This document shows positions 27,554-38,083 of a stretch of 64,000 nucleotides of DNA, one piece after another. The DNA is taken from sequence record OM362897.1. One strand, 5' to 3'. Each line of letters begins with the position of its first letter. Positions within the stretch are counted from its first letter, which is position 1. Origin of the DNA: Escherichia phage SKA64. The notes beneath the pieces were generated by a model, which saw only the letters and a list, made by a program, of their open reading frames with translations, did not search any database and was not told the DNA's origin. Made by a program: the position numbers and the translations under genes.

Positions 27554-30229
27554 TTAGTCGTAATATTTCAAACCTGTAATGAACTTCGATCCCCAATCCG
27601 CACTTGCGGCGGTGAACGTCAACATCCAAGTTGTAGCTGTACCAGTGAAGACCTCTCGTTGCACAGTACCATCAGTGTGGTAAATGTCCACGCCAGTATG
27701 TCCATTCTTAGGAATAGTGAAGGTAACAGCACTGGTAGTGTCTCGTGCATAAGAACAAACAAATGGTGTCCCCGCCCAAACTGGATTTGTCATATCGCCC
27801 ATCTCAAGCTGTGGAACCCAAGCAATAAGACCTGCCGTACCATCTCCTGCGAAAGTGTCTGATCCACTTGCATTCAAAGCTATAATCTCATAGGTTATAG
27901 ATGCTTGTTTGGCAACTGTCACTTTGTGTAGAATTACACGATACCAACCATTCCCCATATCGATTATGTTTGCATCTGCACCTGTAAATGTTCCAGCTAC
28001 AAGATCATAAGTCCCTTCGTTAATCTCATCTCCTGAAGTCAATTTGAGTTTCACTTTAGTGATCCCATCTGGCTTCAAGAATACGGATGCCGCCCAGTGC
28101 TTACCTGCTGTAATATCAGAAGCTGTATTCACTGCTGATAAAATATGTTGTCCTGAAGTTGTAGAAGGTGTTAACTTGTAAGTGTTAGCTGTAGTTCCAA
28201 CCGGAGAGTTGATTGTTGATGCTGTGACTGTCAAGTTCGTCTTCAACCACGGGGAAGCTGTTGTCAAGTTATTGTTGATAAAGATATGTGTACGGTTGGC
28301 TGCTACAACACGTCTACCTTGTGGAGTTGTACCAACATATTCTAAAGGTGCTACGGGAGCAGAACTCTCTGTAGGTACAAGGATATCTCCAGAAGCCCTG
28401 GCATAACGGTTACTCCTGTTGACCTTTACATCCGCCGGAATAGTTTCTTGCGTCAAATCATAGTCCATCACAATCACCACAGCATTCACTGTGAGATAAG
28501 AACTATCTTCGGCAGTTACCACACCTTGATAAGTTGCTCTACAACCGATACGACAACCTCCATCAGCAACCGCTGTAATAACGCCTGTAACGGGGTCAAC
28601 TGTTGCTACCGTAGGGTCATTAGAGAAATACTCAACAACCATACCAGGTAAGCTTGCTGCTCCTGTTGGCGTTATTTCTGCTACCATTGTTTGTGTTGTT
28701 CCTACATCCATCGCAGATAAGCTAGGAGTGTAAACGCTCAATGTTGAAGCATATCCTCCAGAGGTATCTGATAAAGTTGTTCCTTCGGCGTTTAAGGCTG
28801 TCATACCTGCATCAAAACCACCTTCTGCATGGAAAGTCATTAAACCAGTAGATGATATTGTCATGTTTGCAGGGGCAGAAGAAGTGTATTTAATATTGAA
28901 AAGTTTACCTCCTTCTGGGCTAACAGAATGTGTCAACTGTTTAGTTCCACCTACAATACAAATTCCTAAAGAATCTGTAGTTAAGCCAGTTGCCAGAATA
29001 TCACCCGTAATCACGGAGCTTGCTATTGGTGTGAATTTATTATAGTTTAGACCGCTATTGAACAGATACGAGGCTTTCCCATCTTTCCAAATACCGGAAT
29101 AATACATATCTCCATTATAAACGAAAAAGGTTCCTTGATAACCTAATTGGTTAGTAACATCCATATTCAGCGTATGAACGCTTGTGAGCTTGTTTATATC
29201 CCAAGAACCCACTCCTTCAGGTTTAACTGGTTTTCCCACTTGGAGTGGATCTCCGCTCGCAGAATCATACCCCAAACCTAAGTTTGCAGTGTAGTTCTTA
29301 CCAATAGCCCACAAGGAATTATTGATCCCAACGAAAAAAGAGTGGCGGCTTGGTGGAAACTTCCATGTTGAGAAACCTGCTGCAAAGGTATCCAGTTTAG
29401 TGTAGGTTGTTTCTGTATTAGACCTAACATATAAGTAGTTTACTGTACCCGTGCCACCGGAGGTATCTCCTACAACTATTGTCTGGGAAACTGTATTGAT
29501 GTAATCTTTGACATACACTGTTTCAGTAGCGGATATCTTAGCATTGACAAAAGCTGTTGTTGTGTTATTATTACCTGCTAAACCTTTACTAGCTCCACAA
29601 ACACGCAAGGTTCCCACATTGTTGACATAAGAGCATTGGTTGTAACCTGCATCAAAAGCAACTGCTGCACTTGTTATCTGACGAGGAGTAGAAACTTCGT
29701 TAGTAGTACTTGCACCTAAACTACCTACTGTGTTTTGACCAGATCCGTAAAGAACACCACTATTCATTAACCAGAGAGTGTTGTTATATCCTCCCTTAAC
29801 CTCTTTAAGATTGGCTAAAGAGATAGTCCCTGTTATTACAGATGGAAAGCTGGTCCAAGTAGTTACACATGCGTCCGTACCACCTGCTGCTATAGATCCT
29901 ACCAATCCTGCTGTCAATCCTGAATATTGCCATCCCCCACTGTTAGTTTTAATAACAAAACAACGATCTGCGGTAAACACATCCGCTACTACAGTAGAAG
30001 CTAAGTGGAAATTATTGAATCGTGCACTACGAGTTCCATCTGCAATTTCACCAAAAAGGTTTGCGCCTTGAGTAAACAATCTACCATCATTAAGCAAAAT
30101 TGCTAAACTGCTATTAGAATTACCAGCATTATCTGGGTAATCTAAAGTGATTACTTTTTTAACAATACCCGCTGGCAGAGGAACGACACCAGTGCTGGTC
30201 ATAATAGTAAATATTGGAATTGGAAACAT
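27554..30229 (-). CDS. tail fibre protein (891 aa)
   Basis: Last gene of late operon; Gly/Thr/Ser/Asn-rich beta-rich composition; GGAGGG RBS. Confidence 0.45.
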   Translation of the reverse strand: MFPIPIFTIMTSTGVVPLPAGIVKKVITLDYPDNAGNSNSSLAILLNDGRLFTQGANLFGEIADGTRSARFNNFHLASTVVADVFTADRCFVIKTNSGGWQYSGLTAGLVGSIAAGGTDACVTTWTSFPSVITGTISLANLKEVKGGYNNTLWLMNSGVLYGSGQNTVGSLGASTTNEVSTPRQITSAAVAFDAGYNQCSYVNNVGTLRVCGASKGLAGNNNTTTAFVNAKISATETVYVKDYINTVSQTIVVGDTSGGTGTVNYLYVRSNTETTYTKLDTFAAGFSTWKFPPSRHSFFVGINNSLWAIGKNYTANLGLGYDSASGDPLQVGKPVKPEGVGSWDINKLTSVHTLNMDVTNQLGYQGTFFVYNGDMYYSGIWKDGKASYLFNSGLNYNKFTPIASSVITGDILATGLTTDSLGICIVGGTKQLTHSVSPEGGKLFNIKYTSSAPANMTISSTGLMTFHAEGGFDAGMTALNAEGTTLSDTSGGYASTLSVYTPSLSAMDVGTTQTMVAEITPTGAASLPGMVVEYFSNDPTVATVDPVTGVITAVADGGCRIGCRATYQGVVTAEDSSYLTVNAVVIVMDYDLTQETIPADVKVNRSNRYARASGDILVPTESSAPVAPLEYVGTTPQGRRVVAANRTHIFINNNLTTASPWLKTNLTVTASTINSPVGTTANTYKLTPSTTSGQHILSAVNTASDITAGKHWAASVFLKPDGITKVKLKLTSGDEINEGTYDLVAGTFTGADANIIDMGNGWYRVILHKVTVAKQASITYEIIALNASGSDTFAGDGTAGLIAWVPQLEMGDMTNPVWAGTPFVCSYARDTTSAVTFTIPKNGHTGVDIYHTDGTVQREVFTGTATTWMLTFTAASADWGSKFITGLKYYD

Positions 30230-30240
30230 TTAAACCCTCC

Positions 30241-30267
30241 ATAAAAAGAAAGCCCCTTTCGGGGCTT
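30241..30267 (-). terminator. rho-independent terminator after collagen-like fibre gene
   Basis: Minus-strand hairpin AAGCCCC-GAAA-GGGGCTT followed by TCTTTTTAT. Confidence 0.5.
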
Positions 30268-30270
30268 CTG

Positions 30271-31920
30271 TTATCGTGTTACAACAACCATGTCCACGAT
30301 ATCACCCACACCAGGATACGTTAATTGCAAAATTGTTACTGCGTTAGCAGTAGTTGCTATTTCTGTATCATTTAGTGCTCCATAAGACGCATCTAGTGTA
30401 ACCGTGTGTCCCGTTGTATCTTGAATCAAATAAATCATTGCTGAAAACGCTTTAGGTTTTGTAGAGCCAGTGACACCAGGCCATGCTCCAACTGTCAGAG
30501 CGTCAGTTACTGTAACAACATACATATTGGAAGTTCCAGAAGGAGTCCAAGATGCTCCAGAGTTGGCAGTAGTTGTTTCAAGTTCCATGAAACCTGCTGT
30601 AACTCTAGTTGGTGTTATAGCTTCCGTAGGATCTGATCCTGATATTTCGATCCAGTTTCCATCAGAACGACCATACGTCAAGCCGTCTTGAGGGGCTTCT
30701 GGTATACTAGGAAGAGTTCCTATAAGTGTCCACGTAGAAGAATCTGTTTTCTTAAACACTGCTCCAGTGGTAGTATTGAAGGCGTAATCATTGATAACAC
30801 CGTCTCCTGCGACTGGATTAGTTGTTGCTACAAACCACTGTGCGCCGTCCTTACCGTTGGTCCCATCAGTACCGTTGGTTCCGTTTGTTCCAGGATCACC
30901 CTTATCTCCTTTATCCCCTTTTTCACCTTTGTCGCCTTTAATACTTCCCATGTCAACAAAAGATGCGGAATTGGTGTCTTGATCGTAGGTATAGATGTAA
31001 AGATTACTAGTGTCTTCAGTTAAGTAAGCATCACCATAGTTATTGTAAACAGGGAGAGCTTCACTGTTCGGAACATGACCTTTAGCTGTAATTGATGTTC
31101 CTCCGAGACTGCCAACATTCATCCATTCCGTAGCATCTTGGACCCAAACATACAAATCATTATTAATTTTATATGCATCACCTACTTCTCCCGTCGGAGG
31201 AAGTTCAGCTTCGCTGTTCAGAACCCCGATAATCTCTAAGCCTGATCCTGTTGCGCCTACTGGTCCTTGTGGACCTAATTCGCCTTGTGGACCTCGCTCT
31301 CCTTGATCACCCTTGTCTCCTTTTGGACCTTTAAGCGAGGCAATAAAATCTACTTCTGTCCCTTCATTACCAGCATCCAGCCAACTTTGATATGCAGATT
31401 TCCCTTCATCTCCATCTGTTCCATCTAGACCGTCTTTACCTGCCTCACCTTGTGGACCTTGAGGACCAACAATATTACCCATGTTGACCCAAGCTGTCCC
31501 ATTAGAGACATAAAGATTACCACTGATAGAATAAGCTTGGCTTACGTTTTCAGAGTTAGGTTGTGGTAAGTTACTTGTAGAAGGCAAATCTCCACGATAA
31601 TCAAAACCGTTGGCGTTAACACCAGGTGCTCCCTGTGGCCCTGTAGGACCAACATCGCCTTTATCACCTTTTATAGAGGTAAGAAAATCATAAACAGATC
31701 CTGTATTACCATCTGCCAACCATACCTCGTAAGCTGATTTACCTTCTGGTCCAAGAGAAGAAATAAGTTTCCAAACAGAACCATCCCAAGCGTAGATTAC
31801 ATCGCCTACGATATAACCATCCCCTGCAACGTTACCTGTAGATGGTAGTTCACTAGTGCTTGCTAATGATCCTTTAATATTGAGTTGAGCACCAGTATCC
31901 CTTTCAAAGAGGCAAGCCAT
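30271..31920 (-). CDS. tail fibre protein with collagen-like Gly-X-Y repeats and phage-fibre repeats
   Basis: Runs such as GPQGPQGEAGKDGLDGTDGDEG, GDKGEKGDKGDKGDPGTNGTNG; repeated GKSAY..WL..GN.G...F..SLKG modules. Confidence 0.65.
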   Translation of the reverse strand: MACLFERDTGAQLNIKGSLASTSELPSTGNVAGDGYIVGDVIYAWDGSVWKLISSLGPEGKSAYEVWLADGNTGSVYDFLTSIKGDKGDVGPTGPQGAPGVNANGFDYRGDLPSTSNLPQPNSENVSQAYSISGNLYVSNGTAWVNMGNIVGPQGPQGEAGKDGLDGTDGDEGKSAYQSWLDAGNEGTEVDFIASLKGPKGDKGDQGERGPQGELGPQGPVGATGSGLEIIGVLNSEAELPPTGEVGDAYKINNDLYVWVQDATEWMNVGSLGGTSITAKGHVPNSEALPVYNNYGDAYLTEDTSNLYIYTYDQDTNSASFVDMGSIKGDKGEKGDKGDKGDPGTNGTNGTDGTNGKDGAQWFVATTNPVAGDGVINDYAFNTTTGAVFKKTDSSTWTLIGTLPSIPEAPQDGLTYGRSDGNWIEISGSDPTEAITPTRVTAGFMELETTTANSGASWTPSGTSNMYVVTVTDALTVGAWPGVTGSTKPKAFSAMIYLIQDTTGHTVTLDASYGALNDTEIATTANAVTILQLTYPGVGDIVDMVVVTR

Positions 31921-32053
31921 TGTGCTTCTGTTCCAACAAAACCATTATCAAGTGCGATCTGATAAGCCGATTTACCCCTTTCAAAGAGGCAAGCCATTGT
32001 GCTTCTGTTCCAACAAAACCATTATCAAGTGCGATCTGATAAGCCGATTTACC
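31899..32053. repeat. exact 77-bp direct tandem duplication (two copies)
   Basis: Copy 1 about 31899-31975 and copy 2 about 31976-32052 are identical by eye; spans the 3-prime end of ORF 31904..32371 and the ATG of ORF 30271..31920. Confidence 0.85.
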
Positions 32054-32371
32054 AGCTTCAGGTATTGTTTCCGACAGATCATCAATTTGTTGCTGCATTG
32101 CCGTAAACTTGGCATTGATAATTGCTATGTCATCAGCGGTCCCAACACTTTGCCATGCAAGGGAAGAAATACCACCTGTGGTGGCTGGCGTAGAGTTTGC
32201 TGGAACTACTTTAGGAAAAGTTCCTTTCCATTGGTAATAATTCCCTTCTGCTGCTAACAGCAAAACTTCACGGGAATTACGTAATGTAAAACCTGCCTCA
32301 AAGCTGCGACGTTTTCGATAAGTAGCTTCTACCAGATCGGCTATCGCACTATTAGGTCTTGTTAAATTCAT
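31904..32371 (-). CDS. tail fibre N-terminal segment (155 aa), C-terminus altered by tandem duplication
   Basis: Ends with a GKSAYQIALDNGFVGTEAQWLASLKG fibre module, then 23 out-of-frame residues derived from the second repeat copy. Confidence 0.45.
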   Translation of the reverse strand: MNLTRPNSAIADLVEATYRKRRSFEAGFTLRNSREVLLLAAEGNYYQWKGTFPKVVPANSTPATTGGISSLAWQSVGTADDIAIINAKFTAMQQQIDDLSETIPEAGKSAYQIALDNGFVGTEAQWLASLKGVNRLIRSHLIMVLLEQKHNGLPL

Positions 32372-32432
32372 TTATCTCTCCTATCATTAGACCATTCTAT
32401 TGGAAGAAGAGGGGAGATTCCCCTCTATTCCA

Positions 32433-35400
32433 TTAGGTTGTTGGCACATCTACTACTGGCGTTGGGCGAATAACCGCAGTATTACCTACAGAAACATTAC
32501 TGGAATCATTAGGTATGGTTTTAATTCTAACTCCAGCACTTGTAGGCGTTACAATTGGATCTGCAATGTCTATTTTAACTGGGTTAGTCCACGTATCATT
32601 ATCTTGATAAGGTGCACGAGTAATAACTGTGTCCAAATCTGCTCCACCTACGCCAGCACCAGGAATACGAATACGTGTCCCTGCTGACAGAGGGTAATGA
32701 TACAACCAAGAAGCATTTGTTGCTGTCCCGTTAGGAGTCAAGTTCTGTGTCAGGAAGGTATCTCCTGCCTGTGTAGCTCGAATACCGAAAGCTGGGATAT
32801 CTGGAATATATGCCCCACTTGTTGTTACAAGGAAGAACGTATTATCCGCCTTGACTATCATATCACCTTTGTCAAACTCTTTCCCTGTTGGGAAATGCAT
32901 TCCATCAATGTTTCGACTAGGATTAGGCTCTAAGTAATAAACTTTGCCCGTTGTCCCTACAATAGCTCCAATACCACCTGCGATATTGGTATACATATTA
33001 GCTTCAACATTACAGTTGACACGATGAATATCCGAGTAACGGCAACGGCTCCACTGTGGACGACCAGTAACCATCGTCTTGCCATCTGGGTAACAGTTTA
33101 CGTTAACCATTTCAAGAACAGATTTTTCTCTACGGAAGAATCCATCATAAAATGTCCCTGGACCAGATTCAGGTTGACCAACACAATCGAAGATATTACA
33201 GGTGATGTTAGACATTGAAAGCCAAGAAGCTATACCGAACAACTGCAATGCAGCGCAACGAATATTTTCAAAGCTAACTCTGTTTTCATAACCTGGCCCA
33301 GCGGAAACTCCCGCAAAAACACGCCCAGTTTTGGTGTGAATGTTACGAACAGAATAGTTAAAGCATGGGTTTGAAGGTCTACCCTGTGCCGGAACTACCG
33401 GATTACCCTCTTCGTCCAGAACTGCGTTAGTTCCCCACTCCAAATAAATCATACGGATATTACTTGCAAGTGTGCTACCGTCTGTTTTAGGCTCTCCGTA
33501 AACACCGTCAATCGTAAAATCTTTACTTCCATACATTACAACTGCGCCAGTTGCCAAACCTGTCCCAACAGATACGGTCTGGTCTGGATCGCCATGAATG
33601 TTTTCGATAGAGATATTACGACCAACTTCTACGTGGACAATCTGACGACAACGTTTTGCAAAAACGTTACGAATTGTAATATTCTTACAATATTGATCAT
33701 CAGGGATTCCGTAACCATATGGTCCTTTACCAGCTACACCGATACCGATACCCCAGTTGGACAGAGGAATAGGAGCGTTAGTCCCATCGATATTAGACAG
33801 GTAAATATTCTCAATCACACAACCATCGTCATAATGTTTATTGATGACGTTCAGTTCTATTGCATCACCTTGCATGTCCATGAAGGTAAGGTTACGGAAG
33901 ACACCACGTGTTACTGGTTCCCCTGTTCCTTGTTGAAGGATGCCATACAACCCGTTTTTAAAAGTACAGTTATCAATTTCAAAAGTACCTGATATTGGGT
34001 TGCCTTGGAATACCAAGCTACCAACTTGACCTGCGCGAGGAGCACCGTCCCACAAACAATCGAACATGCGCACAGCACCACCCCAATACATAACACGAGA
34101 GTTACGGAAAGTTGTGCCTTCTACTGTAGCATTTTGCACACGATAGTCGCGTTGACCACGGAACACACCCCCACGCAAAGTGATACCTTGAATATCAAAA
34201 GAGCTTGTCGTGAAAGTCATATCGCAACCGTAAGCATCGAGAATCTTGCTTTTCGAAGCTTTTGCTGCTAACAGTGCCGCCTGGAAAGCTGCTTCTGGTG
34301 TGGTATAGGTAGTTGTATTGTTAGCAAATTCTGACAAGTAGACAACATCGAATAAATCGTTGTATGTTCCACCACGAGGGGTTAACAGTCCTTCCGTATT
34401 AGTTAGAACCCATGCGTTTGGACCTAATCCACCGCTTGTCTCTAATGTGTCAGAGGCCAAAATACTTTTTGGTAAACTTCCAGCCCAACGATAACGACCA
34501 GCACCACGTCCAATCGTCTGATTTTTAGCTGTCAGGGTTACGTTATTACCAAAGCTTGTAGGCAAATGGACAAATTGTCCACGTTCAACAGCCAGTGCGG
34601 AAAGATCTACAGATCCCCCAGAATAAGTCATTACTCCAGAAACAGACAAAGATGTTAAAGTTCCTGTGATGTTAGGAGGTAATGTGTAGGAAGACTGTGC
34701 TACCGGATCATACAGAGCTTTAATCCCTGTTAACGATTGCCCTGCTGTTGCGTAAGCCACCTCATCATCTAACAAACCATATTTACGAGCAATAGTTTGC
34801 AGAGGGACTTTATCCATGCTTTCTGTTAGTTCTTCCGTTTTTGTTTCTAAACTAACAAGACGGTTCTCTAGATTAGGATCTGTATCTGCTGAAGCTACGA
34901 TTTTACCAATATAAGCGAAAAGCTTGTTTGGCAGTCCTGTTGCAGGATCGTGTCCCAAAGGTTCAGATAAGATGATCTTACTATCTTCTATACGGAAAGC
35001 TTCCCCCAGAACCTGAATAACACCATTGATCGTAACAATAGCACTATCAAAGATGTAAGGAGGACTGATTACTGTTTCATAACCAGTTGCACCAGAATAT
35101 ACCCAAGGTGTGACTTCTGTTGCCAATTGTTCTGTCTTCAATCCCCACAATACCCAGTTGTTATCTCCTACTGGAGTACCTTGCATAGGGATTGGGTTTA
35201 CCAATGTAGCATTAGGAGCATAATAATAACCGCTCAATACCCCATTCTGAAAATAACGAAGTTGGTTAAAAACTGTTTCGTTTGTGCCTTGCGCCCAATC
35301 CAATGGGCTTTTAAAGAAAAAGTTGTCAACAAGGGCTTTTCTCAGGGTTGGTATCAACCCTGATTCTGTTTCAATACTCTCTGTAGCACTTCCATTAATA

Positions 35401-35486
35401 ACATCATGGAGTTGGTTAGATGAGAAAATAACCAGGTCTACGCCCTGTTCGAGAGACGTTGCTGGATATGTTGGGAATGTTGCCAT
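32433..35486 (-). CDS. tailspike protein (1017 aa), probable beta-helix enzymatic spike
   Basis: Size, Asn/Gly/Thr/Val-rich repetitive composition, position among receptor-binding genes; no catalytic motif assigned. Confidence 0.45.
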   Translation of the reverse strand: MATFPTYPATSLEQGVDLVIFSSNQLHDVINGSATESIETESGLIPTLRKALVDNFFFKSPLDWAQGTNETVFNQLRYFQNGVLSGYYYAPNATLVNPIPMQGTPVGDNNWVLWGLKTEQLATEVTPWVYSGATGYETVISPPYIFDSAIVTINGVIQVLGEAFRIEDSKIILSEPLGHDPATGLPNKLFAYIGKIVASADTDPNLENRLVSLETKTEELTESMDKVPLQTIARKYGLLDDEVAYATAGQSLTGIKALYDPVAQSSYTLPPNITGTLTSLSVSGVMTYSGGSVDLSALAVERGQFVHLPTSFGNNVTLTAKNQTIGRGAGRYRWAGSLPKSILASDTLETSGGLGPNAWVLTNTEGLLTPRGGTYNDLFDVVYLSEFANNTTTYTTPEAAFQAALLAAKASKSKILDAYGCDMTFTTSSFDIQGITLRGGVFRGQRDYRVQNATVEGTTFRNSRVMYWGGAVRMFDCLWDGAPRAGQVGSLVFQGNPISGTFEIDNCTFKNGLYGILQQGTGEPVTRGVFRNLTFMDMQGDAIELNVINKHYDDGCVIENIYLSNIDGTNAPIPLSNWGIGIGVAGKGPYGYGIPDDQYCKNITIRNVFAKRCRQIVHVEVGRNISIENIHGDPDQTVSVGTGLATGAVVMYGSKDFTIDGVYGEPKTDGSTLASNIRMIYLEWGTNAVLDEEGNPVVPAQGRPSNPCFNYSVRNIHTKTGRVFAGVSAGPGYENRVSFENIRCAALQLFGIASWLSMSNITCNIFDCVGQPESGPGTFYDGFFRREKSVLEMVNVNCYPDGKTMVTGRPQWSRCRYSDIHRVNCNVEANMYTNIAGGIGAIVGTTGKVYYLEPNPSRNIDGMHFPTGKEFDKGDMIVKADNTFFLVTTSGAYIPDIPAFGIRATQAGDTFLTQNLTPNGTATNASWLYHYPLSAGTRIRIPGAGVGGADLDTVITRAPYQDNDTWTNPVKIDIADPIVTPTSAGVRIKTIPNDSSNVSVGNTAVIRPTPVVDVPTT

Positions 35487-35489
35487 TAA

Positions 35490-35825
35490 TTACCCCTTAT
35501 TCTGTGTACGTTTAACTATGTCATCTAGCATCATTTGGATAGTCGCATTCTTGAGGTCCATAATCTTTTCAATTTTTTGCTCAAGGGTGTTGTTATTTGC
35601 CATTAATGTAGAGTTAATTTGATTTAGCATCTGGGTAAGTTCGGCTTTAGTTGCGTAAGTTGATTCAACAAAGACCAACTTCTTCTCTAGCTCTCGACTT
35701 TTCTCCTCCATTTCCTCAAGATCAGAGCCGAATTTATCCATTTTTTGTTTGAAAAAGAACCAGATGACTCCGATTAAAGGGATTATTGCATCCTTTGCAA
35801 GTCCCCATGCTTCTTGAAATTCCAT
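35490..35825 (-). CDS. hypothetical membrane-anchored coiled-coil protein (111 aa)
   Basis: N-terminal hydrophobic helix IIPLIGVIWFFF then charged helical region. Confidence 0.4.
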   Translation of the reverse strand: MEFQEAWGLAKDAIIPLIGVIWFFFKQKMDKFGSDLEEMEEKSRELEKKLVFVESTYATKAELTQMLNQINSTLMANNNTLEQKIEKIMDLKNATIQMMLDDIVKRTQNKG

Positions 35826-35834
35826 AGTGATCCC

Positions 35835-36380
35835 TTATTCCGTCGGTAATGTAGGCCAATCTATAGTGTAAGGATAATCTTTTTGAAGCGGAACACGATT
35901 TAGTTTAACCACATAAACTTGAAGATTTTTAAGATAAGCTAATTCTTCTTCAGTAGCCATTTCTAAATCTTTAGCATACTGTAAAGGTGTTATAAGTGCT
36001 ACCGCTGTTTCTTGTAAAGAGCGAATTTTTGCACTAGCTTGTGTCATCAACTCTTCACGGGAATACTCTTTATCCTTAAGAGTCAAAGTTTCTAAATCCA
36101 GAACCTTGTTTCTAATATCCTCAAAAGTGTCTATATTAAAGTCCACTTGTGCTATAGAAAGATCTTCAGGGCAAAGTAATGTAGGATCAGTGTTCCAAAA
36201 CACAATACGATTTTGATCGTCAAAAACGACTTTCATTTTATCGTTATTGAATTCTGTGCTACGTAAATCATACCAATCGTAACCTTGATCGCAACGAAGA
36301 AAAAGAATGTTCTCTACTTCTACCAATTCTTTTAGTTCGGGATCTTCGGGAATATATCTTTTAAAATTTGTAAATATCAT
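35835..36380 (-). CDS. hypothetical protein (181 aa), possibly tail fibre assembly
   Basis: Position downstream of fibre-like gene. Confidence 0.35.
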   Translation of the reverse strand: MIFTNFKRYIPEDPELKELVEVENILFLRCDQGYDWYDLRSTEFNNDKMKVVFDDQNRIVFWNTDPTLLCPEDLSIAQVDFNIDTFEDIRNKVLDLETLTLKDKEYSREELMTQASAKIRSLQETAVALITPLQYAKDLEMATEEELAYLKNLQVYVVKLNRVPLQKDYPYTIDWPTLPTE

Positions 36381-37442
36381 TTAGCCTCCGATATCGTACC
36401 AGTTTCCGTTAACGTTGCGCTGGAGGCGTTTGAAATAAACCCCACCGATGTTATCCGCAGAACTACGCCCTGTTTCCTGGACAATAATACCAGAAAGAAC
36501 ATAACCAGAAGAACAGATATAAGTCCAAGAAACTTCGTTCCCTGGTGGATAATACACACCTTGGCTAGTGTAACGAATATCTCTTACAAAGGTTCCGTTA
36601 GCATAATTGTAGTTGTTTGTAATCTGACTTTGATGATTACTTTCTACATTGTTTATACGGGAAGAGAGGTTGCTGTTAACACTATTCAGGTTGTTTTGAA
36701 CAGTGTTAATATTCGTCTGCAATGTGTTCTGAAGAGAAGTCAAACGAGAATTCAGATAATCTAAGCGAACTAAAGCATTTCCGTTAGAAGTATCTTGTCC
36801 ACTGTTTGATCTTGGACTGTCTATTAGAACATAACCTGCATCATATAAACGAACACCTGCTGATACACTACCTGTGCTAGGATTTCTACGATAAATATAA
36901 AGCTGACCTCCACTTTGGTATTCGGCAGAAATCTCACCATTAGTTTGTCCTGCAAAGTTTTTGAAAAACAGTGTCGCAGGATCTGTTGTGGAAGTACCGT
37001 TAACATAAACATCACCACCATAAATAGCACCACCCGCATCACGTTTTACCAACACGTTTGGTGTTACTGTTGAACTAGTGGCATCTGTAATGTTTGCCGA
37101 CAAGTGATTATGACTGTTATCTTGAACTTGGATAGATAAAGTAACTTCTTTATTACCATTCCAAGTAGCCTCACCAGTAGCATCACCTGCCATTGTAATC
37201 TTAGTTCCAACTAAAGGCAAGTAAGTATCAGGTAAAGTTGGAAGAAAGTCATCCACCAAATAGCGAATCCATAAACCGATATTATTAAGAATCCAGTTCA
37301 TTTCTTCGCAAGTCATGATTTGACCATAATCCATACCAACTGTGCGGATGGTTTCTTTAGGTCTAATTTTGTTTGTGTTTAAAGTTCCTGGGAGCGTTAC
37401 AGTTTGTGTAGCCCAGTCAGGATAATATATTGGCTTCGCCAT
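36381..37442 (-). CDS. tail fibre-like protein (353 aa)
   Basis: Asn/Ser/Thr-rich with heptad-like LNSRLTSLQNTLQTNINTVQNNLNSV segment. Confidence 0.4.
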   Translation of the reverse strand: MAKPIYYPDWATQTVTLPGTLNTNKIRPKETIRTVGMDYGQIMTCEEMNWILNNIGLWIRYLVDDFLPTLPDTYLPLVGTKITMAGDATGEATWNGNKEVTLSIQVQDNSHNHLSANITDATSSTVTPNVLVKRDAGGAIYGGDVYVNGTSTTDPATLFFKNFAGQTNGEISAEYQSGGQLYIYRRNPSTGSVSAGVRLYDAGYVLIDSPRSNSGQDTSNGNALVRLDYLNSRLTSLQNTLQTNINTVQNNLNSVNSNLSSRINNVESNHQSQITNNYNYANGTFVRDIRYTSQGVYYPPGNEVSWTYICSSGYVLSGIIVQETGRSSADNIGGVYFKRLQRNVNGNWYDIGG

Positions 37443-37451
37443 TTAAACTCC

Positions 37452-38081
37452 TTAATCTATTTGCTTGAGAAGCGTACACATGCGTCCTGTTTCATCCCCA
37501 GTAGATTCCATGTACAGGGAACCTAAACCACCAATACCATGAGGCGGTTTGGTAGCATAATAAGAACTAAAACCAAAAGCTGATCCTGCTTTTGCTCCAA
37601 GACGGTAGCTACTAATAATAGGGAAAACACTTAGCAACTGCTCTAAAGCTTGATCAGATTGAAGACACAGGTTGTAGAAAAACACATCAAAGGTTTTATT
37701 CAAACCTACGTAAGTATTAAGCGTTTCACGCTCTGTTCCTGTGAAACGGGCGAAGATATCAATTATGTCACCACGAGTCCCCGATGAGGCTACGCGGTAA
37801 GCCCTGATTTTTAATATTGTTCTATACTCTTCATCATCAGAGCCATTACGTTCGATCCCCATTTCTTCTCCTAAGATATCTAGGTATTTGCCTGTGGCTG
37901 TGGAGATCAAGCGGTGTTTAGCAAGATAGATCATTGCCTGATCTATCTTTTGCTTTTCACTGGATACGATGTAGAGGAGCTTGACAATGTTAGGAGAAGA
38001 TTTAAAATCTTCAATCAGAAGGTTTTTAACATCTTCATTGATACTGGCCCAAGTTGTTACATGGTCAACACTCACTGCCAT
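37452..38081 (-). CDS. baseplate/tail structural protein (209 aa)
   Basis: Position in baseplate region. Confidence 0.35.
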   Translation of the reverse strand: MAVSVDHVTTWASINEDVKNLLIEDFKSSPNIVKLLYIVSSEKQKIDQAMIYLAKHRLISTATGKYLDILGEEMGIERNGSDDEEYRTILKIRAYRVASSGTRGDIIDIFARFTGTERETLNTYVGLNKTFDVFFYNLCLQSDQALEQLLSVFPIISSYRLGAKAGSAFGFSSYYATKPPHGIGGLGSLYMESTGDETGRMCTLLKQID

Positions 38082-38083
38082 TT

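Noticed and set aside
31899-32053. The 77-bp direct repeat as a CRISPR array or att site
   Set aside because: Only two abutting copies with no spacers, no cas genes and no integrase; it lies inside tail-fibre coding sequence.
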